From IMG/VR virus record IMGVR_UViG_3300009688_000445: DNA of 64,000 bases; one strand, given 5' to 3'. A model generated the notes under the pieces. That model was not told the DNA's origin. It saw nothing but the letters and a program-made list of their open reading frames with translations, and searched no databases. A program made the position numbers and the translations under genes. Origin of the DNA: an uncultured virus (IMG/VR IMGVR_UViG_3300009688_000445). Lineage: Duplodnaviria > Heunggongvirae > Uroviricota > Caudoviricetes. Below are positions 40,758 through 50,803 of this stretch, piece after piece; within the stretch, counting starts at the first letter, position 1, and each line of letters opens with the position of its first letter.

Positions 40758-43700
40758 ATGTATCATAATAGTTTATGTGAAAAATGTGGATTATGGAAGG
40801 ATGCTAAGCATCCTTGTGTTACAGGAAGAGGCGATCCATCAGCAAAATTACTTATTTTAGGAGAAGCCTTAGGAGAACAAGAGGACTTACAAGGATTACC
40901 TTTTGTAGGTTCTTCTGGACAAAGACTACAAGCATATCTCGATAGATTAAATATCAAATATTATATAAGTAATGCTGTAAAATGTAGACCTACTTCTAAA
41001 AGTTTAAATAGAAAAGGTGAAACTATTCTTCATAATAGAACACCTACTGCTAAAGAAATAAAATTATGTTCAGCAAAAACATATCAGTTAATAGATAAAA
41101 TAAAACCTACTGTAATATTAACTCTAGGATCTATACCTGTAACTCAATTATTACATTTGGGTCTAAGTATGACATCTGTTCGTGGAAGAACGTATTATCA
41201 TCCACAATTAGAATGTCATATTGTACCTACTTGGCATCCTGCTTATTTAGGATACAGTGGAGATAAACTTGTAGAAAAGCAATTTATGCAAGATCTTCAT
41301 CAGGCTATAGAATTATTAAAAGCACCCAGAGTAAGACAAATTAACTCTAATCCGAGATCACTTCAGGATCCTGTAGAAATTAAGGAATATCTGGAGTATT
41401 TAAATACTATTGAAGAATGTGCCATTGACTTAGAAACAACAGGGTTAAATCCTAGAAAAGATAGGATAACAGATATCTCTTTATGTGCAAAATGCGGTGA
41501 AGGTGTACATATAAGATGGATAGATATACTTCCATATTTTGAGTGCTTAAAAAAACTTCTAGAAAAACCAGAATTAAAATGTGTATTTCAAAACGGCAAG
41601 TTTGATACTGCTTTTCTAAAAGCTATTGGTATTAATGTAGCAAATTTTTATTTTGATACCCAATTGGCTTATCATACAACTACAATGACTTTTGAAGGTG
41701 AAGGAAAATCTCTTTATAGTTTGGAGGTTATGTCTTGGCTTTTAACAAGAGAAGGAAATTACAAAGCAATTCTAGAAGAATTTGGTGGAATAGCAGGTCA
41801 TCAAAATGGAATATTGCAGAAGAAAGCAGAGAAGAAAGAAAAGGAGATAAAGAAGGAACAAGAGAAGAAGGAAGAAAAGAAAAAAGAACAGAAGTCAGAG
41901 AAAACTAAACAAGTAATCAGAGTTCCAGTAGTAGAATGTAATTCTTTATTTGATGATATGGCAGAACCAGTAGTTAAAACTAATATCGCAAATGAATATT
42001 TTTCTCATTTATCTACTGAAGAAGATGGTAAATTTCTTGAAAAGTTTACACCAGCAAAGAAATTAAGAAGAACATTATTAGAAGAAGATCCAAATATTTT
42101 TATAATAAATGAAGAACAAGAAAAAGAATTACAGACTTATGTAACCTTTGTTTCAGACAAGCTTAAAAAGAAATTAGAATCTACAAAACTAACAGCTTTA
42201 GAGTATTATTCAGCAATGGATGCGGATGTTACCTTTCAAATTTATAAGAGATTGAAACCACAGATAGATTCAGAATTTAAAGAGGTATTTTATGATTTAA
42301 TTATGCCTCTTTCTTCTACACTACAACGATTAGAACAGAACGGTATTCTTCTAGATACTCCTTACATAGATATGCTTTTAGACGAGAATCGTGCTAGAAC
42401 AGCAGAAATAAAAAATTCTTTTTTTAAGAAAGTAAAGAAAGAATTTAATATGGATTCACCAAAAGAATTAAGAGAAGTTATTTATGATCATTTAAGAATT
42501 CCAGTAGAAGAAGAATATATGACTAATGGTGGAAAAAGTGGAGTAAAAATGCCTTCCACCGATAAAAATGCTATAGAGTATTTAGCTAAAAAACATCCTA
42601 TTTTAAATGGAATTGTAGAATACAGAAAACTCGAGAAAGAAAATTCTACATACTTGGATGGATTTAAAAATCATGTAGATCCTGTTACTGGAAGAATTCA
42701 TACATCTTTTTTGCAGCATGCTACCGCAACTGGCAGATTATCTTGTATAGCTGAAGGTACCAAGATTGCTATAGTAGGAGAAGAAAAAAATATAGAAGAT
42801 GTCCAACCAGGAGATTTTGTTTATAATTATGATAATGATGGAAATTTAACTATTTCTAAAGTATTAAATAAATCATATAGCGGATACGGTGATTGTGTAA
42901 GAGTTAAATGGCAAAGTTCAGGAAATGGAAAAATAGGTGAATTAATTTGTACACCTGAACATAGAATACTACATAAGTATAATGGCTGGACAGAAGCTAA
43001 AGATTTAAAACATTATGATAAGGTATATCACCTAAGAAAAGGAAAAACTTACTCTTATGATCCTCGTCCACGACTATATGGTACAAATTCTTTTTGTGAA
43101 GACGAACAAAGATTTATAAAAAGAGTATATTTTAAGGCAGATCCTAAAAAGACACATATTCATCATATAGATCACAATCCTTCTAATAACAGAATTTCTA
43201 ATTTGGAAATTTTAGATAGTGCTGAACATAATAGATATCATTCTAGATTGCTATACGAAAAAGGAATAGTTAGTGAAAGGCACATGCATACATCAGAAGC
43301 GCATGCAAAACGATTACAATCTTTAAAATATGGTAAAGATAATCCAACATATATTTATAAAACTAAAGAAGAACTTATTCAAATGTTAAAGGATGCCAAA
43401 GGTATAGTTACGCATATTCCAATGGATTTTTTAACATATAAACAAAAATGTGAAACAGAAGGTATCAATCTTAAAGAACTTTGTGACTGTTTCTCAAGAG
43501 GTAAGTTTTTTATTTCTCAAGAAGATGTTTTTAAAGTATGGGATAAATATAAAGATTATGAATATCCTATATATAGATGTGCAGGTGAATTGCATATAAG
43601 TCAAGATAAGTTTAAAAGATTATTAAAGTATTATGATATATCAACTAATCATGTAATTCTATCAGTTAAACCTGCAGGTAAATATCATGTTTGGGATTTA

Positions 43701-44534
43701 GAGATAGAAAATTATCCAAATTTTATTGCTAATGAAATCTGTGTTCATAATTCTAGTGCACCTAATACACAAAATATACCTAGAGATAACCGTATTCGTA
43801 ATATGATTATTCCTAGAGAGGGATGCAAACTTGTAACTGCTGACTTATCACAAGCAGAATTAAGAATTCTAGCTATGATGGCAGACGATAAGAAAATGAT
43901 AGATGCTTTTGCATCTGGATATGACTTCCATGCTTATACTGCATGTGCAATGTTTGGTATAAAACCAGAGATATTTGATAAAGAAAATAATCCAGATCAT
44001 AAAGCAAAACGATCTCTAGCAAAAAATATTAATTTCGGTATTGCGTATCAAATGTCAGCAAATTCATTAGCTTCAGATGTGAATATTTCATTAAAAGAAG
44101 CACAAGATTTTATTGACAAATTTTACAATACTTATTTTAATGTAAAAAGATGGATAGATAAAACAAAATCTTTTGCTTTAAAGAATGGATATGTACAAAC
44201 ATTGCACGGAAGACGTAGATATTTGCCGTATGTACACAGTTCAGATCAAAAAGTTCGTGAAGGTGCATTAAGGCAAGCCGTAAATACACCAATTCAAGGC
44301 ACTGCTAGTGATTGTGCTTGTTTTGGTCTTATTAGAATTCAAAAGTTTATAGACGAGAAACAGTTAAAAACAAAACCTATCATGATTATACATGATGAAA
44401 TTGTTCTAGAAACGCCTTTTGAAGAAGTAGAGTTAATGGTAGAAAAATTACCATATTTTATGACACAAAATTTACCAAAAGTAACAATTCCATTAGTAGC
44501 AGACGCAGAAGTTTTAACGAGATGGAAGAAATAG
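40758..44534 (+). CDS. polA: Family A DNA polymerase with N-terminal family-4 UDG domain and an intein
   Basis: UDG (CxxC, GEALG, PFVG, KCRP, WHPAY), 3'-5' exonuclease (DLETTG, QNGKFD, YSAMD), polymerase motifs TGRLS, DLSQAELR, KNINFGIAY, HDE. Confidence 0.95.
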   Translation: MYHNSLCEKCGLWKDAKHPCVTGRGDPSAKLLILGEALGEQEDLQGLPFVGSSGQRLQAYLDRLNIKYYISNAVKCRPTSKSLNRKGETILHNRTPTAKEIKLCSAKTYQLIDKIKPTVILTLGSIPVTQLLHLGLSMTSVRGRTYYHPQLECHIVPTWHPAYLGYSGDKLVEKQFMQDLHQAIELLKAPRVRQINSNPRSLQDPVEIKEYLEYLNTIEECAIDLETTGLNPRKDRITDISLCAKCGEGVHIRWIDILPYFECLKKLLEKPELKCVFQNGKFDTAFLKAIGINVANFYFDTQLAYHTTTMTFEGEGKSLYSLEVMSWLLTREGNYKAILEEFGGIAGHQNGILQKKAEKKEKEIKKEQEKKEEKKKEQKSEKTKQVIRVPVVECNSLFDDMAEPVVKTNIANEYFSHLSTEEDGKFLEKFTPAKKLRRTLLEEDPNIFIINEEQEKELQTYVTFVSDKLKKKLESTKLTALEYYSAMDADVTFQIYKRLKPQIDSEFKEVFYDLIMPLSSTLQRLEQNGILLDTPYIDMLLDENRARTAEIKNSFFKKVKKEFNMDSPKELREVIYDHLRIPVEEEYMTNGGKSGVKMPSTDKNAIEYLAKKHPILNGIVEYRKLEKENSTYLDGFKNHVDPVTGRIHTSFLQHATATGRLSCIAEGTKIAIVGEEKNIEDVQPGDFVYNYDNDGNLTISKVLNKSYSGYGDCVRVKWQSSGNGKIGELICTPEHRILHKYNGWTEAKDLKHYDKVYHLRKGKTYSYDPRPRLYGTNSFCEDEQRFIKRVYFKADPKKTHIHHIDHNPSNNRISNLEILDSAEHNRYHSRLLYEKGIVSERHMHTSEAHAKRLQSLKYGKDNPTYIYKTKEELIQMLKDAKGIVTHIPMDFLTYKQKCETEGINLKELCDCFSRGKFFISQEDVFKVWDKYKDYEYPIYRCAGELHISQDKFKRLLKYYDISTNHVILSVKPAGKYHVWDLEIENYPNFIANEICVHNSSAPNTQNIPRDNRIRNMIIPREGCKLVTADLSQAELRILAMMADDKKMIDAFASGYDFHAYTACAMFGIKPEIFDKENNPDHKAKRSLAKNINFGIAYQMSANSLASDVNISLKEAQDFIDKFYNTYFNVKRWIDKTKSFALKNGYVQTLHGRRRYLPYVHSSDQKVREGALRQAVNTPIQGTASDCACFGLIRIQKFIDEKQLKTKPIMIIHDEIVLETPFEEVELMVEKLPYFMTQNLPKVTIPLVADAEVLTRWKK
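42744..43751 (+). mobile_element. Intein (336 aa) with in-frame HNH endonuclease in polA
   Basis: TGRLS|CIAEGT..CTPEH..HHIDHNPSNNRISNL..VWDLEIENYPNFIANEICVHN|SSAPN. Confidence 0.95.
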
Positions 44535-44547
44535 GAGGATATTTTAT

Positions 44548-45663
44548 ATGAAAGTTTTACTTGAAACTCAAAATCTAAGAAATTGCTTAAATTATATTAG
44601 CAAAATAACAACGAAAAGCAAGAAAAGTGGTGGATCACCTTTATACTCACAAGTTCAATTGGATTTTAAGAATAATAATTTAACATTATACGCTTACGAT
44701 TCAAGTTATGGTCTACAAATTTCATACGGAGAAGTAAATTGCGAAGATTCTCGTTATCTTATTGATGCAGAAGGCATTTCTCATGTCGTAAAATATAGTG
44801 AACAAGAGAAATTAGATTTTGATTTTAAAGAAACTCGTTTAGTTGTAAAAGATGGTAATAGTTCTTATAAATTTAACTATTTTTCTTCTGAAAATTCTTT
44901 AAGTTACATTTTTGAAAATATATCAGAACAATCTGAAGTATTATTAACTACTAATGCAGCAGAATTTAGTAAAATTTTTAAGTTTTTGGATCCTTGCATT
45001 GCGAATGATGCGGCAAGACCTTTTTTAAATGGCATTCAGTTTGATGGTAATTTTGTAGCAGCAGACGGAAACATATGCGGGGTATATTCTAATGATATAA
45101 AGCAAGAAAATACAGTATTTTTACTGAGTGAGAGTCTTGATTTGATATCATCATTACCAGAGAATAAAGATATTCTAATTTACAAAGCAAATAATCTTAA
45201 TATTATAGAATGCGATAATTTAAAAATGATTACTCCACAAATCAATGGTGCTTTTCCAAATTATAATAAAATCATAGATATAACTTCTAATTATTCGTAC
45301 AAATTTGCAGTGGAGAAATCTAGATTGCAAAAAGTCAGTGAAAAACTAACACCATTTGCAGATATACACCAACGATTAATGGCTTCTGCAGTATTTACTA
45401 AAGATGGTAATCTACAATTAGCAGCAGCTTCTGAAGGTACAAAGGAAGGATTAGAGATTATAAATAGTATTGAAGCAGTTTCACCGAAAGAAGATATTAC
45501 ATTTTATTTAAATATTAGATTACTAGCAAGTTTGGTTAGATCCATACCTAGTGATTTAATTTATATCAAATATAGTGATAATGTAAAAGCACCATTATTA
45601 ATTACGGATGAAGGACAATTTTCTAATTTTCTAAGTGTTTATAACTATATTAAAAATAGCTAG
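44548..45663 (+). CDS. dnaN: DNA polymerase sliding clamp (beta)
   Basis: 371 aa; ARPFLNGI, AADG and INGAFPNY motifs. Confidence 0.85.
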   Translation: MKVLLETQNLRNCLNYISKITTKSKKSGGSPLYSQVQLDFKNNNLTLYAYDSSYGLQISYGEVNCEDSRYLIDAEGISHVVKYSEQEKLDFDFKETRLVVKDGNSSYKFNYFSSENSLSYIFENISEQSEVLLTTNAAEFSKIFKFLDPCIANDAARPFLNGIQFDGNFVAADGNICGVYSNDIKQENTVFLLSESLDLISSLPENKDILIYKANNLNIIECDNLKMITPQINGAFPNYNKIIDITSNYSYKFAVEKSRLQKVSEKLTPFADIHQRLMASAVFTKDGNLQLAAASEGTKEGLEIINSIEAVSPKEDITFYLNIRLLASLVRSIPSDLIYIKYSDNVKAPLLITDEGQFSNFLSVYNYIKNS

Positions 45664-45712
45664 AAATATCTAATAGTTTTATATTATAATTAATTAATAG
45701 GATAAAAGTAGA

Positions 45713-46180
45713 ATGAAAATACAAAAAAAATTTACTACTGAAACAGCCCATATAGTAAGAGAAGCTTCATCGATTCGTTGCAAGAATAATATACATGGTC
45801 ATAGCTATACTTGGATAGTAACAATACAAGGTGGTCTAGATCATGCAGGAATGATTATAGATTTTAAAGATTTAAAACCTATTAAGGATTTTATAGATCT
45901 TTTTGATCACGCAACTGTTTTTTGGTCTAAGGAACCGGATTGTGAAATTCTAGCTTTTTTTCAAGATAAATTTTCAAGAGTTCTTATCATGAAACAAAAT
46001 CCTACAGCAGAAAATATGGCAAGATCACTTTTCAAATTTACTAAAGATTGGTTACAAAAAGATTATCCTACACTTTCTGTTGCAGAGGTAGCGGTATGGG
46101 AAACCGCTACAGGATGTGGTATTGCTACCGAATGCAATGGGAATGATATTTTAGTTTACACTCATTCAGATACTAACTAA
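45713..46180 (+). CDS. queD: 6-carboxytetrahydropterin synthase
   Basis: AH..C..IHGHSY, DF..LK..FDH, PTAEN, WET. Confidence 0.9.
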   Translation: MKIQKKFTTETAHIVREASSIRCKNNIHGHSYTWIVTIQGGLDHAGMIIDFKDLKPIKDFIDLFDHATVFWSKEPDCEILAFFQDKFSRVLIMKQNPTAENMARSLFKFTKDWLQKDYPTLSVAEVAVWETATGCGIATECNGNDILVYTHSDTN

Positions 46181-46195
46181 GTGTGGTGATTTTTA

Positions 46196-46627
46196 ATGTC
46201 TTTTAAAAAGGCTAATTTTGTTAATTGGGATGATATTGCTGCCTATTGTAGAGAATTAAGAGTACAAGAAACACCAGATGTAATTTTAGCAGTCCATCGT
46301 GGTGGTCTTCCTATAGGAGTTCTTCTAAGTCATAAATTTCATGTTCCAGTAGAAATACTATATTTTTCTAGATATGATAGTAATACAAAGATTAAATGTA
46401 ATCTTTCTAGAAAAGAAGAATATAATAGAATATTAGTAGTAGACGATGTATCTGATAAAGGAGAATCCTTAGAAAGAATTACAGAATTTTTATCAAAGAA
46501 GTATTATATTAAAGAATTAACTACACTTACATATGCAATAAAAAATAAAACACAATTTAAACCAAATTATTTCAAAAAAGAATATGACGATCATATTTGG
46601 TTAATCTTTCCTTGGGAGGCAATATGA
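46196..46627 (+). CDS. Purine phosphoribosyltransferase (Gpt-like)
   Basis: RGGL, ILVVDDVSDKGESL, WLIFPWE. Confidence 0.85.
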   Translation: MSFKKANFVNWDDIAAYCRELRVQETPDVILAVHRGGLPIGVLLSHKFHVPVEILYFSRYDSNTKIKCNLSRKEEYNRILVVDDVSDKGESLERITEFLSKKYYIKELTTLTYAIKNKTQFKPNYFKKEYDDHIWLIFPWEAI

Positions 46628-47310
46628 CAGAAAAAGAATGGAATTTAGATATTACAGAAAGCTTCACGTCCATACAGGGAGAAGGAATTCATGAAGGGGT
46701 TCCTTCCCATTTTATTCGACTTGCAAAATGTAATGCTTCATGTCCTTTCTGTGATTCTAAATATAGCTGGAAATCTGGAGATAAATATGATTATCAAGGT
46801 ATTTCAGCACATTTAAGTATGATGTATATTGCAAATCCAAAAGTTAATATGCTAACTATAACAGGTGGTGAGCCAACTTTACAAGATTTAAACCCACTAA
46901 CATCTTTAGTTAAAGATTTTTATAATTGGTTTATAGAAGTAGAAACAAATGGTTTGATTCATAAAGATAGAGAATTGGAAAAAGACGTAGATTTATGGAT
47001 TGTTTCACCAAAACTATACTCAGAAGATATAATAAAAAGATATAATCAAGAAATTTTAGATAGATTTTTATATACGAATCATATCTTTAAATTTGTTATA
47101 GGAACAGAAGAAGAACTAAGTATTGTTTTAGATTTTATAAAATCATATAAATTGGATCTAGATAATAATATTTGGTTAATGCCTAAAGGTACTTCAATAG
47201 AAGAAATTAGAAAATCAAGCAAACTACTTGTCCCTGTTTGCCTAAGAAAAGGATGGAATTTATCTTCCAGACAACAGATAGTTATTTGGGGCAATAAAAA
47301 AGGAGTATAA
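46624..47310 (+). CDS. queE: 7-carboxy-7-deazaguanine synthase (radical SAM)
   Basis: SIQGEG, CNASCPFCD, TGGEP, VETNG, VSPK. Confidence 0.9.
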   Translation: MTEKEWNLDITESFTSIQGEGIHEGVPSHFIRLAKCNASCPFCDSKYSWKSGDKYDYQGISAHLSMMYIANPKVNMLTITGGEPTLQDLNPLTSLVKDFYNWFIEVETNGLIHKDRELEKDVDLWIVSPKLYSEDIIKRYNQEILDRFLYTNHIFKFVIGTEEELSIVLDFIKSYKLDLDNNIWLMPKGTSIEEIRKSSKLLVPVCLRKGWNLSSRQQIVIWGNKKGV

Positions 47311-47314
47311 TGTT

Positions 47315-47545
47315 ATGAATTATTATTGTAAAAATGGTGCATATCATACCTATAAGTGCTGCAATACATGCTGGAATTTACATCCAAAAGCAGAGAAAAA
47401 TAAAATGTTTTTCGGTAGTGAGACCTTTAATAAAGTATTAGATCAAAATTTTATTCAAAAAGCAAAACAAGTAGGATTTACTGAGCAACAAATAGAATTC
47501 TTATCACAGATTATTTCTACAAGATTAAGTGTAGTTATGGAGTAA
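47315..47545 (+). CDS. Hypothetical protein
   Basis: 76 aa with a Cys-rich N-terminus. Confidence 0.5.
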   Translation: MNYYCKNGAYHTYKCCNTCWNLHPKAEKNKMFFGSETFNKVLDQNFIQKAKQVGFTEQQIEFLSQIISTRLSVVME

Positions 47546-47550
47546 GAAGG

Positions 47551-48006
47551 ATGAAAATAATTACAACTTCTGATGGTAAGTGTAAAATACTTTCTTTTCT
47601 TTCTGAAAAGAATATAGCAGCATTTACACTCGATTCTGGTGATTGTCATAATGCAGAACCTATTAAATTAACGTTAAACACATATATCTCCGATTTAGAT
47701 ATTATTGCAAGATGTGAGGGTCTTGATAAAGATTTAAGAATTTTTACTGTTTGTTCTTCTTGCGGTAAAACTTATAATGATTGTAGCTGTGATCATCTTC
47801 ATTCTATTGCTTCTAATTATCAATTATGTGTTAGAGATCTAGAAGGAAAATCACCAGGTTATATACAAAGAATAGAAATTTTTGGTAGTGCAGATCAAGA
47901 TAAACCTATTGTTAAAATATATAAATATGAAATAGATAATAGTAATACAGAAGATATAGTAGTTAAAAGAGATGAAAATGGACAACCTAAACTTTTTATA
48001 TATTAG
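47551..48006 (+). CDS. Hypothetical protein with CxxC..CxC motif
   Basis: 151-aa ORF. Confidence 0.6.
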   Translation: MKIITTSDGKCKILSFLSEKNIAAFTLDSGDCHNAEPIKLTLNTYISDLDIIARCEGLDKDLRIFTVCSSCGKTYNDCSCDHLHSIASNYQLCVRDLEGKSPGYIQRIEIFGSADQDKPIVKIYKYEIDNSNTEDIVVKRDENGQPKLFIY

Positions 48007-48079
48007 AATTTTAAGGAAGAAATATCAACAGAAATGTTGTTTGACCGTTTCCTAATTTATTTTCTTAGGAGAAAAGATT

Positions 48080-48742
48080 ATGGGTAGAGATACAAATTGC
48101 GTAGTACTTCTTTCTGGTGGTTTAGATTCAACAGTTATGCTGTATTGGGTGAAAGAGAGATATGATAAGGTATTTCCTCTTTATATTAACTATGGATCAA
48201 GTCATAAAGAAAAAGAATTTTATGCCGCACAACAAACATGTAAGGAATTAGGATTATTTCTAGAAGAAGTAAAGTTAACTGGCAATATACTTTCAGATTC
48301 TTCTCTAGTAGACAAATCTATTAGAACTCCAGATGATTTAAAAGATACAATTAATACAGTTGTTCCATTTAGAAATATTATGATGATTAGTATCGCAGCT
48401 AGTTATGCAGATAAAGTAAATGCCGGTGTAATTGCAACTAGTCCAACACGAGAAGATTTCGATGTTTTCAGAGATTGTAGAAGAGAATTTCATGATGCAT
48501 TAGAAAAAACTTTACAGATTGCTGCAAAGTACGATCAACCCTATCAAATTTTAACACCTTTTATTACTAATACTAAAGAAGATGTTATTCGTATCGGTGT
48601 TGATATGGATGTAGATTTTTCAAAAACCTGGTCTTGTTATAATCCACAAAGAGACGAACCCTGTGGTGTATGTCCAGCATGTAGGGTTAGAGAAAAAGGA
48701 TTTATGCTAGCTGGTGTAAAAGATCCACTTAGGAGAAATTAA
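48080..48742 (+). CDS. queC: 7-cyano-7-deazaguanine (preQ0) synthase
   Basis: SGGLDS, VPFRN, TWSCY, CGVCPAC. Confidence 0.9.
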   Translation: MGRDTNCVVLLSGGLDSTVMLYWVKERYDKVFPLYINYGSSHKEKEFYAAQQTCKELGLFLEEVKLTGNILSDSSLVDKSIRTPDDLKDTINTVVPFRNIMMISIAASYADKVNAGVIATSPTREDFDVFRDCRREFHDALEKTLQIAAKYDQPYQILTPFITNTKEDVIRIGVDMDVDFSKTWSCYNPQRDEPCGVCPACRVREKGFMLAGVKDPLRRN

Positions 48743-49350
48743 TGCTTAGTTCATTAGATACGTTTTATTACACAGATGAAAATATAGATTATATAGGTGA
48801 TCAACTTCATAGTCTATTCAATTTTAAAACTGCTAATATGATAGGAGATTCTGTTTTTGCTTTTGAAGGAAAAATGGATGTAAAAACTGATCATATGGTA
48901 GATATTGAAGATGTAAAAGAAAATGATTATATCTGGTCGCCTAAAGCTCTTAACTTTATTATAGAGATCTTTAACATCAATATAGAAACTGCAGTACTAT
49001 ATCAAAGAGCTTTTATGCAGATTTGTACAAATGTTCTTAAAGATATATTAGCAGAATCAAATATTATAGTTTATTTAGTTAAACTGAAAGGTGATGATAT
49101 TCTAGTTAAAACATTGGATGGAGAAGTTTGGAAGAAGCTTTCTGTATCTATTGCTACAGTAAGTCATATTTCTGGTTTAATCCACGTAGGTATTAATATA
49201 GATACAGATATGAATATACCTGTTCCAGCAATAGGATTACAAGAACTTATCGATTTGCATGTATACGAATTTGGTGTTCGTGTACTAGAACAATTTAAAG
49301 ACTTTCATAAATCTATAAAATTTGCTTCAGTTAAAATAAAAGGTGTTTAA
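48742..49350 (+). CDS. DUF366-like protein (biotin/lipoate-ligase / class II aaRS-like fold)
   Basis: MVDIED..IWS..NFIIE..AVLYQR..GDD..KLSVSIAT..IHVGINI pattern. Confidence 0.7.
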   Translation: MLSSLDTFYYTDENIDYIGDQLHSLFNFKTANMIGDSVFAFEGKMDVKTDHMVDIEDVKENDYIWSPKALNFIIEIFNINIETAVLYQRAFMQICTNVLKDILAESNIIVYLVKLKGDDILVKTLDGEVWKKLSVSIATVSHISGLIHVGINIDTDMNIPVPAIGLQELIDLHVYEFGVRVLEQFKDFHKSIKFASVKIKGV

Positions 49351-49353
49351 TAT

Positions 49354-49998
49354 ATGGAAGAACAACTAATTAAATTACTCCAAAAAGAATCGTTTAAGAA
49401 AATGGAAGAAGGAGCAAGACTTCTTCTTGAGGGTTTAGGTGAAGTAACAGCACCAGAATCTACCAGTCCCTTAACAACATATTCGACAATTTCTTTGGAT
49501 GATCCTAATTTTAAGAAAACACCTTATAGGATAGCAAAAGCTTGGGTAGAAATGTGTATAGGTCTTTCGCAAAAACACGAAGTAACAAAAATATTAGAAA
49601 CCAATTTTCCAAGTAATTATACAGGAATGATAATTATTGATTCAATTAATTGTTATTCAATGTGTCCACATCATGCACTTCCTGTAGCTTATCGTGTAGA
49701 TTTTGGATATATACCTTCTGATAAAATGTTGGGTCTTTCGAAGATTCCTAGATTTATAAAACTCTTAGCTAAACAACCCATACTTCAAGAGGATTTTACT
49801 AAACAATGTATTGAACAATTTGTCGAACATGTTAAACCTGAAGGTGCTATTTGTGTGGTAAAAGGTGTACATAATTGCATGGTTTGCAGAGGCGTTGGTG
49901 CTATTAATTCAAGTGCTACTACGTCAGAAGTCTACGGAAGTTTTGAAAAACTAGAAACTAGAACAGAATTTTTAAATTTAGTTAAAAAGAATACATAA
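49354..49998 (+). CDS. folE: GTP cyclohydrolase I
   Basis: TPYR, SMCPHH, GLSKIPR, QE, HNCMVCRG. Confidence 0.9.
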   Translation: MEEQLIKLLQKESFKKMEEGARLLLEGLGEVTAPESTSPLTTYSTISLDDPNFKKTPYRIAKAWVEMCIGLSQKHEVTKILETNFPSNYTGMIIIDSINCYSMCPHHALPVAYRVDFGYIPSDKMLGLSKIPRFIKLLAKQPILQEDFTKQCIEQFVEHVKPEGAICVVKGVHNCMVCRGVGAINSSATTSEVYGSFEKLETRTEFLNLVKKNT

Positions 49999-50564
49999 TG
50001 GTATATACTAAACAACAAAATATAGAGATATCTAAAAAAAGATATCAGTATGTTCAACAAATCATTAAACTGCTTCCTTCTAAAACTTATTTACATGAAT
50101 GTTCTTTTGAAGAAGACAAGTTTGGTGGATCTGATTTTATAATCATTCAAAAAGCAATTAATGTCAGTTATGCATGTAGATTATTAAATGATAAACCGCA
50201 TTGGGATCGTATAACTTTTCGTGTGCATACTTATGATCATACTGATGTACCTAATCAAAAATATAGTGAATACTATAAAATTCAAAGAGATGAAGTAACT
50301 TGGGATAGGTATTTCTTTGGTCATATAAATACTAGTAATATAATAACAAAGTGGTTAATTTTTGATAGAAGAAAAGCTATAGATAGTGGCATTTTTAATA
50401 TGCCAGTTCAGCTTAATAACTTCAACTATCCCAGAAATCTAAAATGGAATGATTCAAAAAAAGAAGATGATAGAACAGGATTTATTTCTTGTAGGATGTC
50501 TGATTTTTTTAAAGTTGGTGCAGTATTACATAGTTACGATAAGAAAGGTACTTTAGATGTTTAA
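49998..50564 (+). CDS. Hypothetical protein (possibly nuclease-like)
   Basis: 188-aa ORF coupled to folE. Confidence 0.6.
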   Translation: MVYTKQQNIEISKKRYQYVQQIIKLLPSKTYLHECSFEEDKFGGSDFIIIQKAINVSYACRLLNDKPHWDRITFRVHTYDHTDVPNQKYSEYYKIQRDEVTWDRYFFGHINTSNIITKWLIFDRRKAIDSGIFNMPVQLNNFNYPRNLKWNDSKKEDDRTGFISCRMSDFFKVGAVLHSYDKKGTLDV

Positions 50565-50793
50565 TAATTTTTTTAGAAAGAAAGAAAAAGTAATAATGGA
50601 TACTATACGAGATGATGATACAGTACATTTTCTAACCACACAAAGAATTATTGAAATATTAAATGATCCCAAACTGGCATCAGAAGATGAGATTAGAAAT
50701 TTAGCTTATACTGTTTTAGAAACTTTAGATATTTTAAGTAATGCAATTATGCAAAGTATCACTGATAAAGGTGATCCTTCAAATTTACATTAA
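50557..50793 (+). CDS. Hypothetical protein
   Basis: 78-aa coupled ORF. Confidence 0.55.
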   Translation: MFNNFFRKKEKVIMDTIRDDDTVHFLTTQRIIEILNDPKLASEDEIRNLAYTVLETLDILSNAIMQSITDKGDPSNLH

Positions 50794-50803
50794 GGAAGTA
50801 TGT

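Noticed and set aside
48007..48079. preQ1 riboswitch upstream of queC
   Set aside because: No recognisable preQ1-I stem and A-rich tail; only weak pairing.
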